A stretch of DNA of 64,000 bases from a virus: positions 12,280-76,279 of the IMG/VR virus record IMGVR_UViG_3300046534_001361; one strand, written 5' to 3'. Shown here piece by piece: positions 49,880 through 59,455 of the stretch. Position 1 is the stretch's first letter. Each line of letters starts with the position of its first letter. Made by a program: the position numbers and the translations under genes. The notes below the pieces were generated by a model. The model searched no databases, had not been told where the DNA came from, and saw only the letters and a program-made list of their open reading frames with translations.

Positions 49880-50299
49880 ATGAATAACGAACTTAACAAA
49901 AAGTACCTTTTCGCTCTGTGTGAATTTATAAAAAATAAAGAGGAAATGGAAGAATTCAAATTGGAATCAATACAGTCTGGATTGCTAACTAAACAGGATT
50001 GTTCAAATTTTGAGTGCTCTGATCAACCACTGCCATTGACTAACTATCCTGGTTCCGTTGAAGGTCCAATGAAAAAAATTACTCATTTTATGGAACTCAA
50101 CCCGGACTATGCGCACTCCTGGACGGCCAATATTGCAATGCTGATGTTTGACGAGGGCGTTAGCCATCATTCAGCAAATCAGCGGGCATCTAGGTTTGTT
50201 GCTCGCGTGTTTGATTTATCGTTTATTCCGGAGCAGCCAGAGCGGGCTAACGATAATGCAATAAACACGCCGGCGGTTACAATGGAATTATCCACATAA
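49880..50299 (+). CDS. Hypothetical protein
   Basis: DYAHSWTANIAM...HHSANQRASRF conserved phage pattern. Confidence 0.6.
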   Translation: MNNELNKKYLFALCEFIKNKEEMEEFKLESIQSGLLTKQDCSNFECSDQPLPLTNYPGSVEGPMKKITHFMELNPDYAHSWTANIAMLMFDEGVSHHSANQRASRFVARVFDLSFIPEQPERANDNAINTPAVTMELST

Positions 50300-50352
50300 T
50301 TCAAACCAATTAGATTTAAAGATTGCATCTTACGGTTAATGTGTTAATATAC
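50297..50352 (+). promoter_or_regulatory. Cassette element, promoter half
   Basis: TAATTCAAACCAATTAGATTTAAAGA-TTGCAT-N16-TAATAT. Confidence 0.8.
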
Positions 50353-50383
50353 CCTCAATGAAGCAAAACATACGTTTTGCGAT

Positions 50384-50686
50384 TTGAGGCCACACAAAAT
50401 GAATAAAATTGATCAAACTGGATTTACAGTGCTGTACACTCAAGAGCAGATTGATACGCTAGTAAATTTTGCTGTAATGTCGGTTTTCATGCCGATATGT
50501 CCAAAAATACTTGCCATTCAAATGGCACGTTCATGGAGTAGCGAACTTAGCGTCCAACTTGACATGCTTAGCATTGTTGAATACGCGGTAAATATAGGTA
50601 AGCTTAATAAAATCTCTTTTAAATGCAACACCGGATTATCTGTTCGACATATGATTGTGTTGCCAGGATTCCACATTGTTGATTAA
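50384..50686 (+). CDS. Hypothetical protein (cassette cargo)
   Basis: Directly behind the element promoter. Confidence 0.5.
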   Translation: MRPHKMNKIDQTGFTVLYTQEQIDTLVNFAVMSVFMPICPKILAIQMARSWSSELSVQLDMLSIVEYAVNIGKLNKISFKCNTGLSVRHMIVLPGFHIVD

Positions 50687-51339
50687 AACACTATTTGATA
50701 TATAGTGTTTTACTTTATTCGTTTAGACGGGTTATAAATTTAACGTCAAAAAATAGCGAAGGATGTTAAAATGATTAGAAAAAATATTAAAATCTCAGGA
50801 AGAAAAGTTAAAGAATTTAATAAAACCCAGCCTGAAATCCATTTAACTAATGAGTATATAAATGGTAGGCAAGTTATGCCCGTAATTAAACAAATTACAG
50901 TCAGAGATTGTTTACTGCCAAAAATTGGTGTTCGATGTGGATAGTTTGGTTTTTATTATTTTTCTGTTTACATTGTCATCCACATTAATTGGCCTGGCAT
51001 TTCTTTTCCTTTTTAAAGAAAAAATAAATAACGAATCAATGGAGCGTCAAGTTTTTCTTGCTGTAAAGAATGTGATATCTGATTTAAATATAAGGTTTGA
51101 TGATACTGATCAAATCACAGCAGTAAATCTTAAAAAGATTCTAATGGATATTGAAAAAGGCAGGGCAGTTGACATAAAGCGATCAGTTAATCGCTGATTT
51201 AATTAAAGCGCCAGCATACCGGCGCTAACAACCTACAACTTAACTACAGCTGTCATTAACCTACCATCCTTTAAGTCTAGGATGGTAGGCAGCAATAATT
51301 TGTACAGTAAACAATTGTATAATAACAGGATAAATTATA

Positions 51340-51519
51340 ATGAGTAAAGCAACAGAATGGTCCGACTACGGTCAGGTAATGTTCGAAGAGAAACATTGGA
51401 AGCAAGTTCTAAAAAATAGGTCGGCTGTCGGTTGTCGTGGTAATGGTCCAGGGTCCACCGAAGAAGCCCTAGACAAGTTGAGAAAAGCCCGAGAAAAAGC
51501 CGCCTTTTACCGACGGTAA
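51340..51519 (+). CDS. 59-aa hypothetical protein
   Basis: Not in the track. AGGA RBS; MSKATEWSDYGQ...AAFYRR*. Confidence 0.5.
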   Translation: MSKATEWSDYGQVMFEEKHWKQVLKNRSAVGCRGNGPGSTEEALDKLRKAREKAAFYRR

Positions 51520-52151
51520 TACTGAAGTTTTTTAATTAACTGCCTACCGATGTGCTCAGTGTAAATAGGGGGGATAGCCTGAGCCAATTCTTTCTGACCC
51601 AGCCAATCAATGCCCATTGCTGCCTGTGCAAATTTAACGCCGGAAAAATTTCAGACTACATGCATAAATTTCCCCTCTTCAGGTGGCCGCCCCATTTTAA
51701 CATTTTTTGCGGTATGCTTGTTTTTTGGTGGCAGTATTAGTTTAATGTTGGATTCGAATATTCTGGGTCTGTAAGTTTTCATCCATGGGAACATACACCC
51801 ACAATATTCAACAGGGTCTAAAAGTGGAGCGCCACGAGTATTTTCAATCACCCATGGTTTACCTATTGATATGAATGCTGCTCTTACAGCCTCAATAAAA
51901 CACGGGTAAGATTTTCCTGCTATTCGGTGTTGCATAGCCGCTTTTGTGTGTGCTTGACAAGGCGGGCTGGCGTGAAATGCATCATAAAGATGATGGTTAG
52001 CTAGTAGATATTCAATAGCATCTGATTGAATAAATTCAAACGGGTATTTCTCTTGGTGGTCTATATCTATACCGGTTACCTCAAATCCAGCATTATGGTA
52101 ACCTTTGGCAGCACCTCCACCACAACAAAATAAATCTAGCAATTTGACCAT
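51507..52151 (-). pseudogene. C5-cytosine DNA methyltransferase-like gene with in-frame TGA at 51651-51653
   Basis: LLDLFCCGGG and HASPPCQ motifs; after the TGA the frame continues NFSGVKFAQAAMGIDWLGQKELAQAIPPIYTEHIGRQL (motif X region). Confidence 0.85.
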
Positions 52152-52657
52152 TGTCCACCCCTAACTTTATTTGCCTTAGCTTCTTTTGGATCGGGCCAGA
52201 TATTGCACGTAACACCGTGCAATTCTTTGGCTGATAATTCGTCCATTGCAATCATAAATGGATGAACTACGCCAGTATGAAAAACGACCCACTTATAGGA
52301 ATCTGTCGTATTGAGTTCCATAAAATGGTGGGCAATAAATTTACACACAGTAACTATTTTTTCGATTTCATTTGGAACTTTTGACAGCAACCTGTATATA
52401 TCTTGAGGGCGTGAATCTATTGCCTCTATCAATTTTTCGGCTAAAACCTTAATGTCAGTATCATTTGCTTTATTTTCTACTTTTAGCTCAGGCCAATGCC
52501 CCTTTGCCCTTTGATCTGCGATAAAAATAGGCTGTGATGAACCGTTGACACTATCGTAAATCCACCCGCCAAACGTTCTGCGATAGCCTGCAAATTGCTC
52601 ATTAAATTTAAGGTTAAGAACATCGTTAATAATTTTACTGGTGTCTGTGTTATTCAT
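52136..52657 (-). CDS. Hypothetical protein
   Basis: 173-aa coupled ORF. Confidence 0.55.
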   Translation of the reverse strand: MNNTDTSKIINDVLNLKFNEQFAGYRRTFGGWIYDSVNGSSQPIFIADQRAKGHWPELKVENKANDTDIKVLAEKLIEAIDSRPQDIYRLLSKVPNEIEKIVTVCKFIAHHFMELNTTDSYKWVVFHTGVVHPFMIAMDELSAKELHGVTCNIWPDPKEAKANKVRGGQWSNC

Positions 52658-53025
52658 GATTGATCACCTTGATTTTTGGTTTCTGGTAAATACTGCCAAC
52701 TGACAGCACCGCATGATTCAGCGTGAGTTTTATATTTCCCATTACCCTCGAAATATTCAATTGCTCTTCCAGTCTCCCACTTGCATGAGTCAGGCGTTAA
52801 AGGATTTCCTTTAAATCTAACCAATATCATTCTTCCATCGGGTTCGGGCGTTAATTCAGCGAGTAGGGCCGGGTATCCGAACGACCCTACCGCCGGGATT
52901 TCATTAAGCGCGTAATTGTGCTGGTTTTTTTCTATCCATTCCATTGCGTCGCCAGGCGTCATTGCTGCCAAGGAATTAAGGCTCATTGGAGAGTCTTTTA
53001 GATCTTGCAAATATTTATTGGTCAT
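52654..53025 (-). CDS. Hypothetical protein
   Basis: 123 aa; C-terminal VSWQYLPE (DUF551-like ending). Confidence 0.55.
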   Translation of the reverse strand: MTNKYLQDLKDSPMSLNSLAAMTPGDAMEWIEKNQHNYALNEIPAVGSFGYPALLAELTPEPDGRMILVRFKGNPLTPDSCKWETGRAIEYFEGNGKYKTHAESCGAVSWQYLPETKNQGDQS

Positions 53026-53122
53026 GATTTATTCCCGTTTTTAATATAGTAAAGCGCTATAGTTTAATTAAACCATAGCGTGTTAATACCCCCTCAAATA
53101 AGCGAAAATACCTATAGCTATT

Positions 53123-53389
53123 TTAGGTTACGTCTTTTTTGTGTTTAATTACAGTGTCAGGCTGATATTCACCATCTTTTATTTCTCTCGTCAGTGCTAT
53201 CTTTGCACCCAAAAGAAAAGCGTCTCCTTCTTCAGGCGTTTTAATTTCAACAATAAGATCACTGAATCCGCAATTGCTAGCTCTTGCGCGGATAAATAAA
53301 TTATCCCCCTGGAACATCACTAAAAGGCCCAAATTTGATATTTGCTTTTCAAAATTACTGTACCATTTTATTTGTTCGACAATTTTCAT
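53123..53389 (-). CDS. Hypothetical protein
   Basis: 88 aa, AGGA RBS. Confidence 0.5.
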   Translation of the reverse strand: MKIVEQIKWYSNFEKQISNLGLLVMFQGDNLFIRARASNCGFSDLIVEIKTPEEGDAFLLGAKIALTREIKDGEYQPDTVIKHKKDVT

Positions 53390-53494
53390 GCTTCTATTCC
53401 TACTCGGTTGTTTTAAGTTCTGGTTCGTTTTTTAGTTACTTTAGATTTTTGGTCATAGCTCCGCCGTTTGATTAATTGTTAGCGGTAATTTGAA

Positions 53495-53570
53495 TGGTGC
53501 CCCGAGCAGGATTTGAACCTACAACCTGTCAATTATGAGTTGATTGCTCTACCAGTTGAGCTATCGGGGC
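53495..53570 (-). tRNA. tRNA with CAU anticodon (likely Ile2; elongator Met not excluded)
   Basis: GCCCCGATAGCTCAACTGGTAGAGCAATCAACTCATAATTGACAGGTTGTAGGTTCAAATCCTGCTCGGGGCACCA: 76-nt cloverleaf, encoded CCA, paired G1-C72. Confidence 0.92.
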
Positions 53571-53593
53571 TTACTCCGTAGGAGGTGTTAAAT

Positions 53594-53667
53594 TGGGCTT
53601 GTAGTGAAGGGTTTGAGCCTTAAATTTTGAGTTTTGGCACAATTTACACCAGTAAAAATTATCAAGC
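53594..53667 (-). ncRNA. Degenerate tRNA-like element
   Basis: 74 nt; GCTTG/CAAGC acceptor-like stem + CCA; ACTGGT D-loop-like; AAGG-CTCAAAC-CCTT T-arm-like. Confidence 0.4.
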
Positions 53668-53671
53668 ACAA

Positions 53672-53794
53672 AAGGCTTAAATCTGAACCCTAGCAATCAA
53701 GGTGAACAAAGCATTTGTAGGAATTACCTACGAATGCCAAGATTCAGATTTAAGCCTTAATTACTTTATTCTTTAGCAGTTCCTACGCCGCTGA
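53672..53794 (-). ncRNA. Structured RNA resembling phage CI/C4-type antisense RNA, with upstream complementary loop
   Basis: Perfect 16-bp closing stem AAGGCTTAAATCTGAA/TTCAGATTTAAGCCTT with an inner hairpin; TTCCTAC complementary to GTAGGAA in an upstream loop. Confidence 0.5.
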
Positions 53795-53858
53795 TTAATT
53801 TAGATTTCAATCTCTGTTTTCTTAATTAATCTGTGTTTATTCTCGTTTAAAAATTCGA

Positions 53859-54275
53859 TTACTGCAAGTTATTTTCTTCATTAATTGCTAACCTGTATTC
53901 ATGATAATTTGTATTATCAACTTCAATTCTGGCAATTTCAACTAGATCAAGTGAACAAGAAAACATAGCTAAATTTTCGGCCGGAACAAGCCCGATCACT
54001 TTGAATAGCCGCCACTGATCCGACAATGGTACAGCTAGCGTTTGCCCAATAATATCAGCGTCTATTTCTGTACAGCCTATCCTAGATCCGCTATCAATGC
54101 CCAATTTTGGATTGTTGTATAAATTAATATCTGCGTTTGAAACGTCTTCTACATATTTGCTAAACCAGAGCTTACTGACCGCCTCTTTTTTTTGCCTTTG
54201 AATTTCAATGTTTAAAGCCTTTTGCTTGCTTATAGGGAACATTCTTTTCCATGCTAATAAAATTAAATTTTTCAT
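53859..54275 (-). CDS. Hypothetical protein
   Basis: 138 aa, AGGA RBS. Confidence 0.55.
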   Translation of the reverse strand: MKNLILLAWKRMFPISKQKALNIEIQRQKKEAVSKLWFSKYVEDVSNADINLYNNPKLGIDSGSRIGCTEIDADIIGQTLAVPLSDQWRLFKVIGLVPAENLAMFSCSLDLVEIARIEVDNTNYHEYRLAINEENNLQ

Positions 54276-54323
54276 TACTTTTCCTTTGCAAGGTTACAGA
54301 TTCTGTAACCTTGCATTAATTTT

Positions 54324-54686
54324 TTATTTTGGCTCGTAGCCTGGTTTAATTATCAAACTTTTTCGGTGATCAATAATAGGGCGTTCAAGATAACAATCTG
54401 AAATTTCAAAATATTGACCATTTTCGGTAGACCAATCATCGTTAACTAAAGTAGGGATTTGAGTGTGCCCGTAAAAGGAATCCTTGTGCTCACTACGTGT
54501 TATTGCCACTGTTTGTGGGTCCAGGCAGTCCCAATCAACTCTTGGTAATTTTCCCCTTTCTAATTGATATTGTACATCCACGATTAGGTTTTTAATCTGA
54601 TCAATCGACAATGTGACAATATCACCTTTTGATTCTTCACATAAAGCAATTTGCTTTAGTTGTTCAAAATTCATTTTTAGCTCCAA
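54324..54686 (-). CDS. Hypothetical protein
   Basis: First gene of the leftward block. Confidence 0.55.
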   Translation of the reverse strand: MELKMNFEQLKQIALCEESKGDIVTLSIDQIKNLIVDVQYQLERGKLPRVDWDCLDPQTVAITRSEHKDSFYGHTQIPTLVNDDWSTENGQYFEISDCYLERPIIDHRKSLIIKPGYEPK

Positions 54687-54824
54687 ATGTTGGTTAATTT
54701 CTTGACCAAAATAATAAATTTAAATCATACTAATGTCAACTGAATTAAATTAAAACTTTCACTTGATTGTATATAGTTTATGTTTTAATATGACTCACCG
54801 AATAAAATTAAACAGGTAGTAAGA

Positions 54825-55130
54825 ATGGCTATAAGTGATACACAATTGATTGGTAATATCGCAGCGACTATATTAAGTGGTGAAAGTATTAATCTTCAAC
54901 GTCCGAGCAGTAAGCACCCTGTAACATGGTGCCTAAGTGATGTAATAGATCAGTATGGCAGTGATCTTTTAAAAAGCTTGCTGTTTCAACTGGCGGCTGA
55001 AATGTACGTTGATAATGCAGGGTTATCAGTTGCAATTTTATCTGGCATTGAAAAGGCGGCTCAAGATCTGGGCGAGTGCCATTTGGATGAATTAAAAGAT
55101 GATGAAAGCAGGGGTTTAATAAATGAATGA
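54825..55130 (+). CDS. Hypothetical protein
   Basis: First gene of the recombination operon. Confidence 0.6.
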   Translation: MAISDTQLIGNIAATILSGESINLQRPSSKHPVTWCLSDVIDQYGSDLLKSLLFQLAAEMYVDNAGLSVAILSGIEKAAQDLGECHLDELKDDESRGLINE

Positions 55131-56004
55131 TTTAACAACGGTAAACACGTATCTTAGCAGCAACATGGATATAGCTAATATATCCAGCTTGCTACCGCCA
55201 TCAGTTAGCTATGAAGCATTTAAGCGAGCGGCTGTAACTGCCATGGTTGCAAACTCAGAACTTTACGGCTCAGATGTTAATTCCGTAATGCTTGCACTTT
55301 CACAGTGCGCAACAGATGGCTTGGTTCCCGATGGCCGGGAGGCTGCGCTGGTTACATTTAAATGCAAAGTTAAGATCAACAATCGCGATGAATGGATGGT
55401 TAAAGCTCAGTACATGCCGATGGTTGATGGTGTTATAAAGCGCGTGATGGCAACCGGTCAAGTCAAATCAATTGCCTCAAAGGCCATTTACGAAGGCGAT
55501 CAATTTGAAGTTTGGGACGATGAGACCGGATCGCATTTTAAGTATTCACCGGCGCTTGTTAATCGCGGCCCTCAATATGCCGCATTCGCGTGGGTTAAAA
55601 TGTCAGACGGGACGACTTTAACCGAGACCATGATTAAAGAAGATATAGACCGGGTTAGAGCATCAAGCAAAACTGGCAGCTATGGACCCTGGAAGGACTG
55701 GTACGATAGAATGTCATGTAAAAGTGTACTCAGAAGAATATGCACTCGACTACCTAACGCATCTGAAATACTAACAATGTGTGATCAAGGTATGAATATG
55801 GATTTTGACAGGTCGACCGAAAAAAACATAACCCCGCTCACAGAGGGTTCACGAGAAAAGTTAAAATCCTTGTGTAGTAATGTCGATCTTAATGCCGCTT
55901 TTGAATGGTTTTCTTCGGAACTCAATCGCGTAGTAAAAGCTTTTGACGATCTAACAGAAGATGAGGCGGCTAGGTTCTGCGTAGGAATGGAGAATAGCCA
56001 ATGA
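55123..56004 (+). CDS. recT: RecT-family single-strand annealing protein
   Basis: CATDGLVPDGREAALV, AQYMPMVDGVIK, GPWKDWYDRMSCKSVLRR. Confidence 0.9.
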   Translation: MNDLTTVNTYLSSNMDIANISSLLPPSVSYEAFKRAAVTAMVANSELYGSDVNSVMLALSQCATDGLVPDGREAALVTFKCKVKINNRDEWMVKAQYMPMVDGVIKRVMATGQVKSIASKAIYEGDQFEVWDDETGSHFKYSPALVNRGPQYAAFAWVKMSDGTTLTETMIKEDIDRVRASSKTGSYGPWKDWYDRMSCKSVLRRICTRLPNASEILTMCDQGMNMDFDRSTEKNITPLTEGSREKLKSLCSNVDLNAAFEWFSSELNRVVKAFDDLTEDEAARFCVGMENSQ

Positions 56005-56843
56005 CTGCACAACCGGCAATAAGATGTTTTAACGATGAGTGGTTGCTACATGCTGAAACTCTTGGTATTGATCCTAATCAAATTATTGATCAAGGAACTG
56101 CTGAGTGGCACAGATCGCGGGCAGGAGTAATAACGGCATCGAAAGGGTATGTATTGCTAATGAAAGGGCGCTTAGCGCCATTTCCTGACGACGTTAAAAT
56201 AGAAAAAATTGGTAAAAGTAATTTCGTTACTTTTGGTGGTAAAGATTTTGACGGAACCAAGGCGCAGTGTGTTCAGTGGGTCCGTGAACAGCTGCCAATT
56301 ATTAGCTCAGAAACCAGGGCCAGTTATATGAATGAGTTGATAGGCCAGATAGCGACAGGTCTTATTCCTGATGAAATTAAGGCAAAGCAACTTGAGCATG
56401 GGAAATTTTGGGAGCCTGACGCTAGAGCTGCATACAGCGCGAAACGATTTCAAACAGTTGAAGAAATAGCCTTTATTTATAATAATAACTCAATGCGGGC
56501 TGGATGCAGTCCTGACGGAATAATCAAAGGATTGCCAGAAGGACTTGAATTGAAATGCCCATATTCATCATCTGTATTTATTGATTTTGCTGGGCGAGGA
56601 AAAATTAAACCAGAAGAGATAGTGCAGTGTCAGTTTTCAATGTGGGTTACTGGGTTTGAAAGATGGAATTTTGCCAAGTTCGACCCGAGAAATAAAAACT
56701 GTAAAAAATTGCACTGTGTAACGTTAGTGCGGGACGAAAAAATGATCGCAGAAATCCAAGCGGGATATGATTCATTTGTTATTGAAATGGACCATTTGCT
56801 TGAAAGTATGGGTATGTCATTCGGTATGCAGTGGCAAGATTAA
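56001..56843 (+). CDS. YqaJ/lambda-exonuclease family protein
   Basis: QGTAEWHRSRAGVITAS, HGKFWEPDAR, GCSPDG, LELKCP, QCQFSMWVTG. Confidence 0.9.
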   Translation: MTAQPAIRCFNDEWLLHAETLGIDPNQIIDQGTAEWHRSRAGVITASKGYVLLMKGRLAPFPDDVKIEKIGKSNFVTFGGKDFDGTKAQCVQWVREQLPIISSETRASYMNELIGQIATGLIPDEIKAKQLEHGKFWEPDARAAYSAKRFQTVEEIAFIYNNNSMRAGCSPDGIIKGLPEGLELKCPYSSSVFIDFAGRGKIKPEEIVQCQFSMWVTGFERWNFAKFDPRNKNCKKLHCVTLVRDEKMIAEIQAGYDSFVIEMDHLLESMGMSFGMQWQD

Positions 56844-56875
56844 GTAATTATAAATTTTATAGAGTAATCAAAATC

Positions 56876-57985
56876 ATGGAAAATCGATTAACAAATTTAT
56901 CACAAACCAACGATAGTACAATTGCCCAGCTATTCAAATATTCAGAAACCAACGATAGTACGGTTATCCAGCTATTCAAAAATTCAGAATGCTCAAATGT
57001 ATTTTTAGCGGCAGGTCAATCAATTCTAGATGCATTCGAGCCTGACGTTTCGACAGCAAAAGGCAGGAAGGCAATAATTTCATTAGCTTCTAGTTTTAGC
57101 AAGTCAAAAGTTTACCTTGACGAAATCGGTAAAGAACTTAATGCTAATTTAAAAAAGACGACTAGCGCGGTTGATAAAGATCGTAAATCTTTGCGGGATG
57201 GTTTTGATCAGTTACGAGACGCCGCCCGAAAACCTGTAACTGACTGGGAGAGCGAGCAAAAAGAAATTGGACGGCAAAAAGAAATTGAGGCGGCAAGGGT
57301 TGCGCTAAAAGAAAAGCGCAATGCTGATCATGATTCTGCGATTGTTGCAGATGAACTTTTTGATTTGAAAAAAGAAAAACAGGCTCAAGCAGATCTTGCT
57401 GCCGAAAAACAGCGGCAAGAATCCATTGAAACGGCGGCAAGACAACGCGCAGAGTTTGACGCTATGGCATTAATTTCTAAAGCCAAAGCCGATCAGGAAA
57501 AAGCGGAGGAGGCGACGAGAAAGGCAACGGAAAAAGCTGATCAAGCTGAAAAAGACAAAGCTTTCGCTATTGAATCTGCCAGGATTAAGGAAATAGAGCA
57601 TAAACGCGTTGCTGAGCAAAACCGCATTCAGACCGAAAAGGACAATAATTCCGCCATTGAAGCGGCCAAAGTGAAGGCGATTGAAGATAAGCGCGTTGCT
57701 GAGCAAAACCGCATTCAGGCCGAACGAGACGCTAAAGCCGCTCAGAAATTGGCACTGAAAAAGCAGCAGCAAGAATTTCAAGATAAACAAGTGGCTGATA
57801 AACTAAAACTTGAGCAAGAAGAAGCTGATCGGCTCGCAAATCAGCAGCATGTAACGGCGATTAAAACCCAAGTTAAGCAAATGCTTATGTCTCATGGGAT
57901 TCTTGAACCTGACGCTGTAGCAGCGGTTATTGCCATTACCAAACATCAATCTGACGGCGGTAAGTTGGTAAGCATTAAATTTTAA
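56876..57985 (+). CDS. Long coiled-coil phage protein (TolA-like composition)
   Basis: PDVSTAKGRKAIISLA...SKVYLDEIGKEL; internal duplications. Confidence 0.75.
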   Translation: MENRLTNLSQTNDSTIAQLFKYSETNDSTVIQLFKNSECSNVFLAAGQSILDAFEPDVSTAKGRKAIISLASSFSKSKVYLDEIGKELNANLKKTTSAVDKDRKSLRDGFDQLRDAARKPVTDWESEQKEIGRQKEIEAARVALKEKRNADHDSAIVADELFDLKKEKQAQADLAAEKQRQESIETAARQRAEFDAMALISKAKADQEKAEEATRKATEKADQAEKDKAFAIESARIKEIEHKRVAEQNRIQTEKDNNSAIEAAKVKAIEDKRVAEQNRIQAERDAKAAQKLALKKQQQEFQDKQVADKLKLEQEEADRLANQQHVTAIKTQVKQMLMSHGILEPDAVAAVIAITKHQSDGGKLVSIKF

Positions 57986-58125
57986 AATTGCTTAAATTCA
58001 ATAATTAAATTGATTTAAATTGTTGTCAGTGTTAAGATTAAATCACTGAAAAGAAGCACACAAAACATAATCAGCCCGGCTACCCGCTGGGCTAGGTATT
58101 TAAAATAAATAATCAGGAGTAGGTA

Positions 58126-58389
58126 ATGAGTCAAATTGAATCAACTATACATCCAGCTTATACCGAGGTTGTGTCTATCACCTTTAACTGGCACTATGTT
58201 CAAGAAAATTCAAACGGTGAATGGGGTGAATCTCAATCTACTATTTCAGTCGGTAGTCGTGGCGTAACCAGAATTACAGACCAGCGAAAACATGGACGTG
58301 GTTTTTTAATTGAGTCTGAAAACAACGGGAACCCAGTTGAACAGCACAATATCAATAGCGTAACTTATTCAAGTGGTTTTTTAGTATAG
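58126..58389 (+). CDS. Hypothetical protein
   Basis: AGGAG RBS. Confidence 0.55.
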   Translation: MSQIESTIHPAYTEVVSITFNWHYVQENSNGEWGESQSTISVGSRGVTRITDQRKHGRGFLIESENNGNPVEQHNINSVTYSSGFLV

Positions 58390-58413
58390 TAAAGGTTATT
58401 TTAAGGTGCATAA

Positions 58414-58704
58414 ATGATGACTGAACGAAATGAACTACCAGCCAAGAGGGCGTTCTGGGGCGGATTTGAGATTGCCAAGTCTTTTAGTGACATGGACATA
58501 CAAAGCCGGTGGGATGAGTGGGCAAAGTTAAACCAGATTAACCACCCTGCCTATATAGCATCAATTCAGGCTAAGGCGCTTAGGGAGCAAGCCCGGTGCT
58601 GGCGTGAAAACTGCCAAGATTCGTTTGCACAGGTCGTTGCACAAGATCTAGAGCAAGCAGCGGATGAATTACTTGAACAAGCAAAGGAAATAATTAATGA
58701 GTAA
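58414..58704 (+). CDS. Hypothetical protein
   Basis: 96 aa, overlaps the next gene. Confidence 0.55.
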   Translation: MMTERNELPAKRAFWGGFEIAKSFSDMDIQSRWDEWAKLNQINHPAYIASIQAKALREQARCWRENCQDSFAQVVAQDLEQAADELLEQAKEIINE

Positions 58705-59398
58705 ATATACAGCGTATTTATACAATGGACGTTTAATGTCCAGAAAAGACATCGTTTCATCTTCTGGTATATCGATAGGCCAATTGGCATATATGATTAA
58801 CAAAAACAACATTGTTGGCGGTGGCGACGTTACACTTTTTATTGATCAGTTATTATCGATTCCATGGACTGAAATTGAGCGCAAGCAGTTTATTTATCAA
58901 GGCCAATTAATGCACATTCTTGATATTTGCGAGTCTGTCGGATTAAGGCTTGCTCAAGTCAATTGCTTGATCAATAAAGAGATCATCAAACCCGGCCACG
59001 ACGTGACCAGCCTAATTGATGATCGACGTAAAGTAGGGGAAAGATGTCGTGAGTGGCTGTTTATGGGTAAGTTAATGGGCATAAAAGAACTGTCAGAAAA
59101 ATCCTGGGTTCTCTATTCCACAGTTTTGCGCAGAATCAAATCAGGCAATTACCCGGCTGGCAGCGACGTTACCGAGTTAGTTTTAAACCCATTAAGAAAA
59201 GTCAGTAAATGGCTGTTTATGGGTAAGTTAATGGGACCAAAAGAGCTGTCAGAAAATTCCTGCGTTGGATATAACGGAATTATTAAAAGAATCAAATCAG
59301 GCAATTACCCGGCTGGCAGCGACGTTACAGAGTTGGTTTTAAGGGGTTTTTGTGAGCGTCAAATGAAACGAACTCAAGTTAAAAAAGGTGATCAGTAG
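58697..59398 (+). CDS. Family C copy 3 (~4 HTH-like modules)
   Basis: Ends RQMKRTQVKKGDQ exactly as 36103..36783 does. Confidence 0.8.
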   Translation: MSKYTAYLYNGRLMSRKDIVSSSGISIGQLAYMINKNNIVGGGDVTLFIDQLLSIPWTEIERKQFIYQGQLMHILDICESVGLRLAQVNCLINKEIIKPGHDVTSLIDDRRKVGERCREWLFMGKLMGIKELSEKSWVLYSTVLRRIKSGNYPAGSDVTELVLNPLRKVSKWLFMGKLMGPKELSENSCVGYNGIIKRIKSGNYPAGSDVTELVLRGFCERQMKRTQVKKGDQ

Positions 59399-59455
59399 TT
59401 AATCAATTTAATAATCAATCAATTTAATAATCAATAAATTAATAGTGAGAATGTA

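Noticed and set aside
51651-51653. Genome-wide TGA-to-Gly recoding
   Set aside because: Many genes end in TGA with ATGA overlaps to the next gene (e.g. 10023-10026, 12311-12314, 56001-56004), so TGA is a normal stop; no suppressor tRNA seen.
53495-53570. tRNA as prophage attachment site or boundary
   Set aside because: Phage genes continue on both sides, with no integrase and no duplicated tRNA 3' end in the window.
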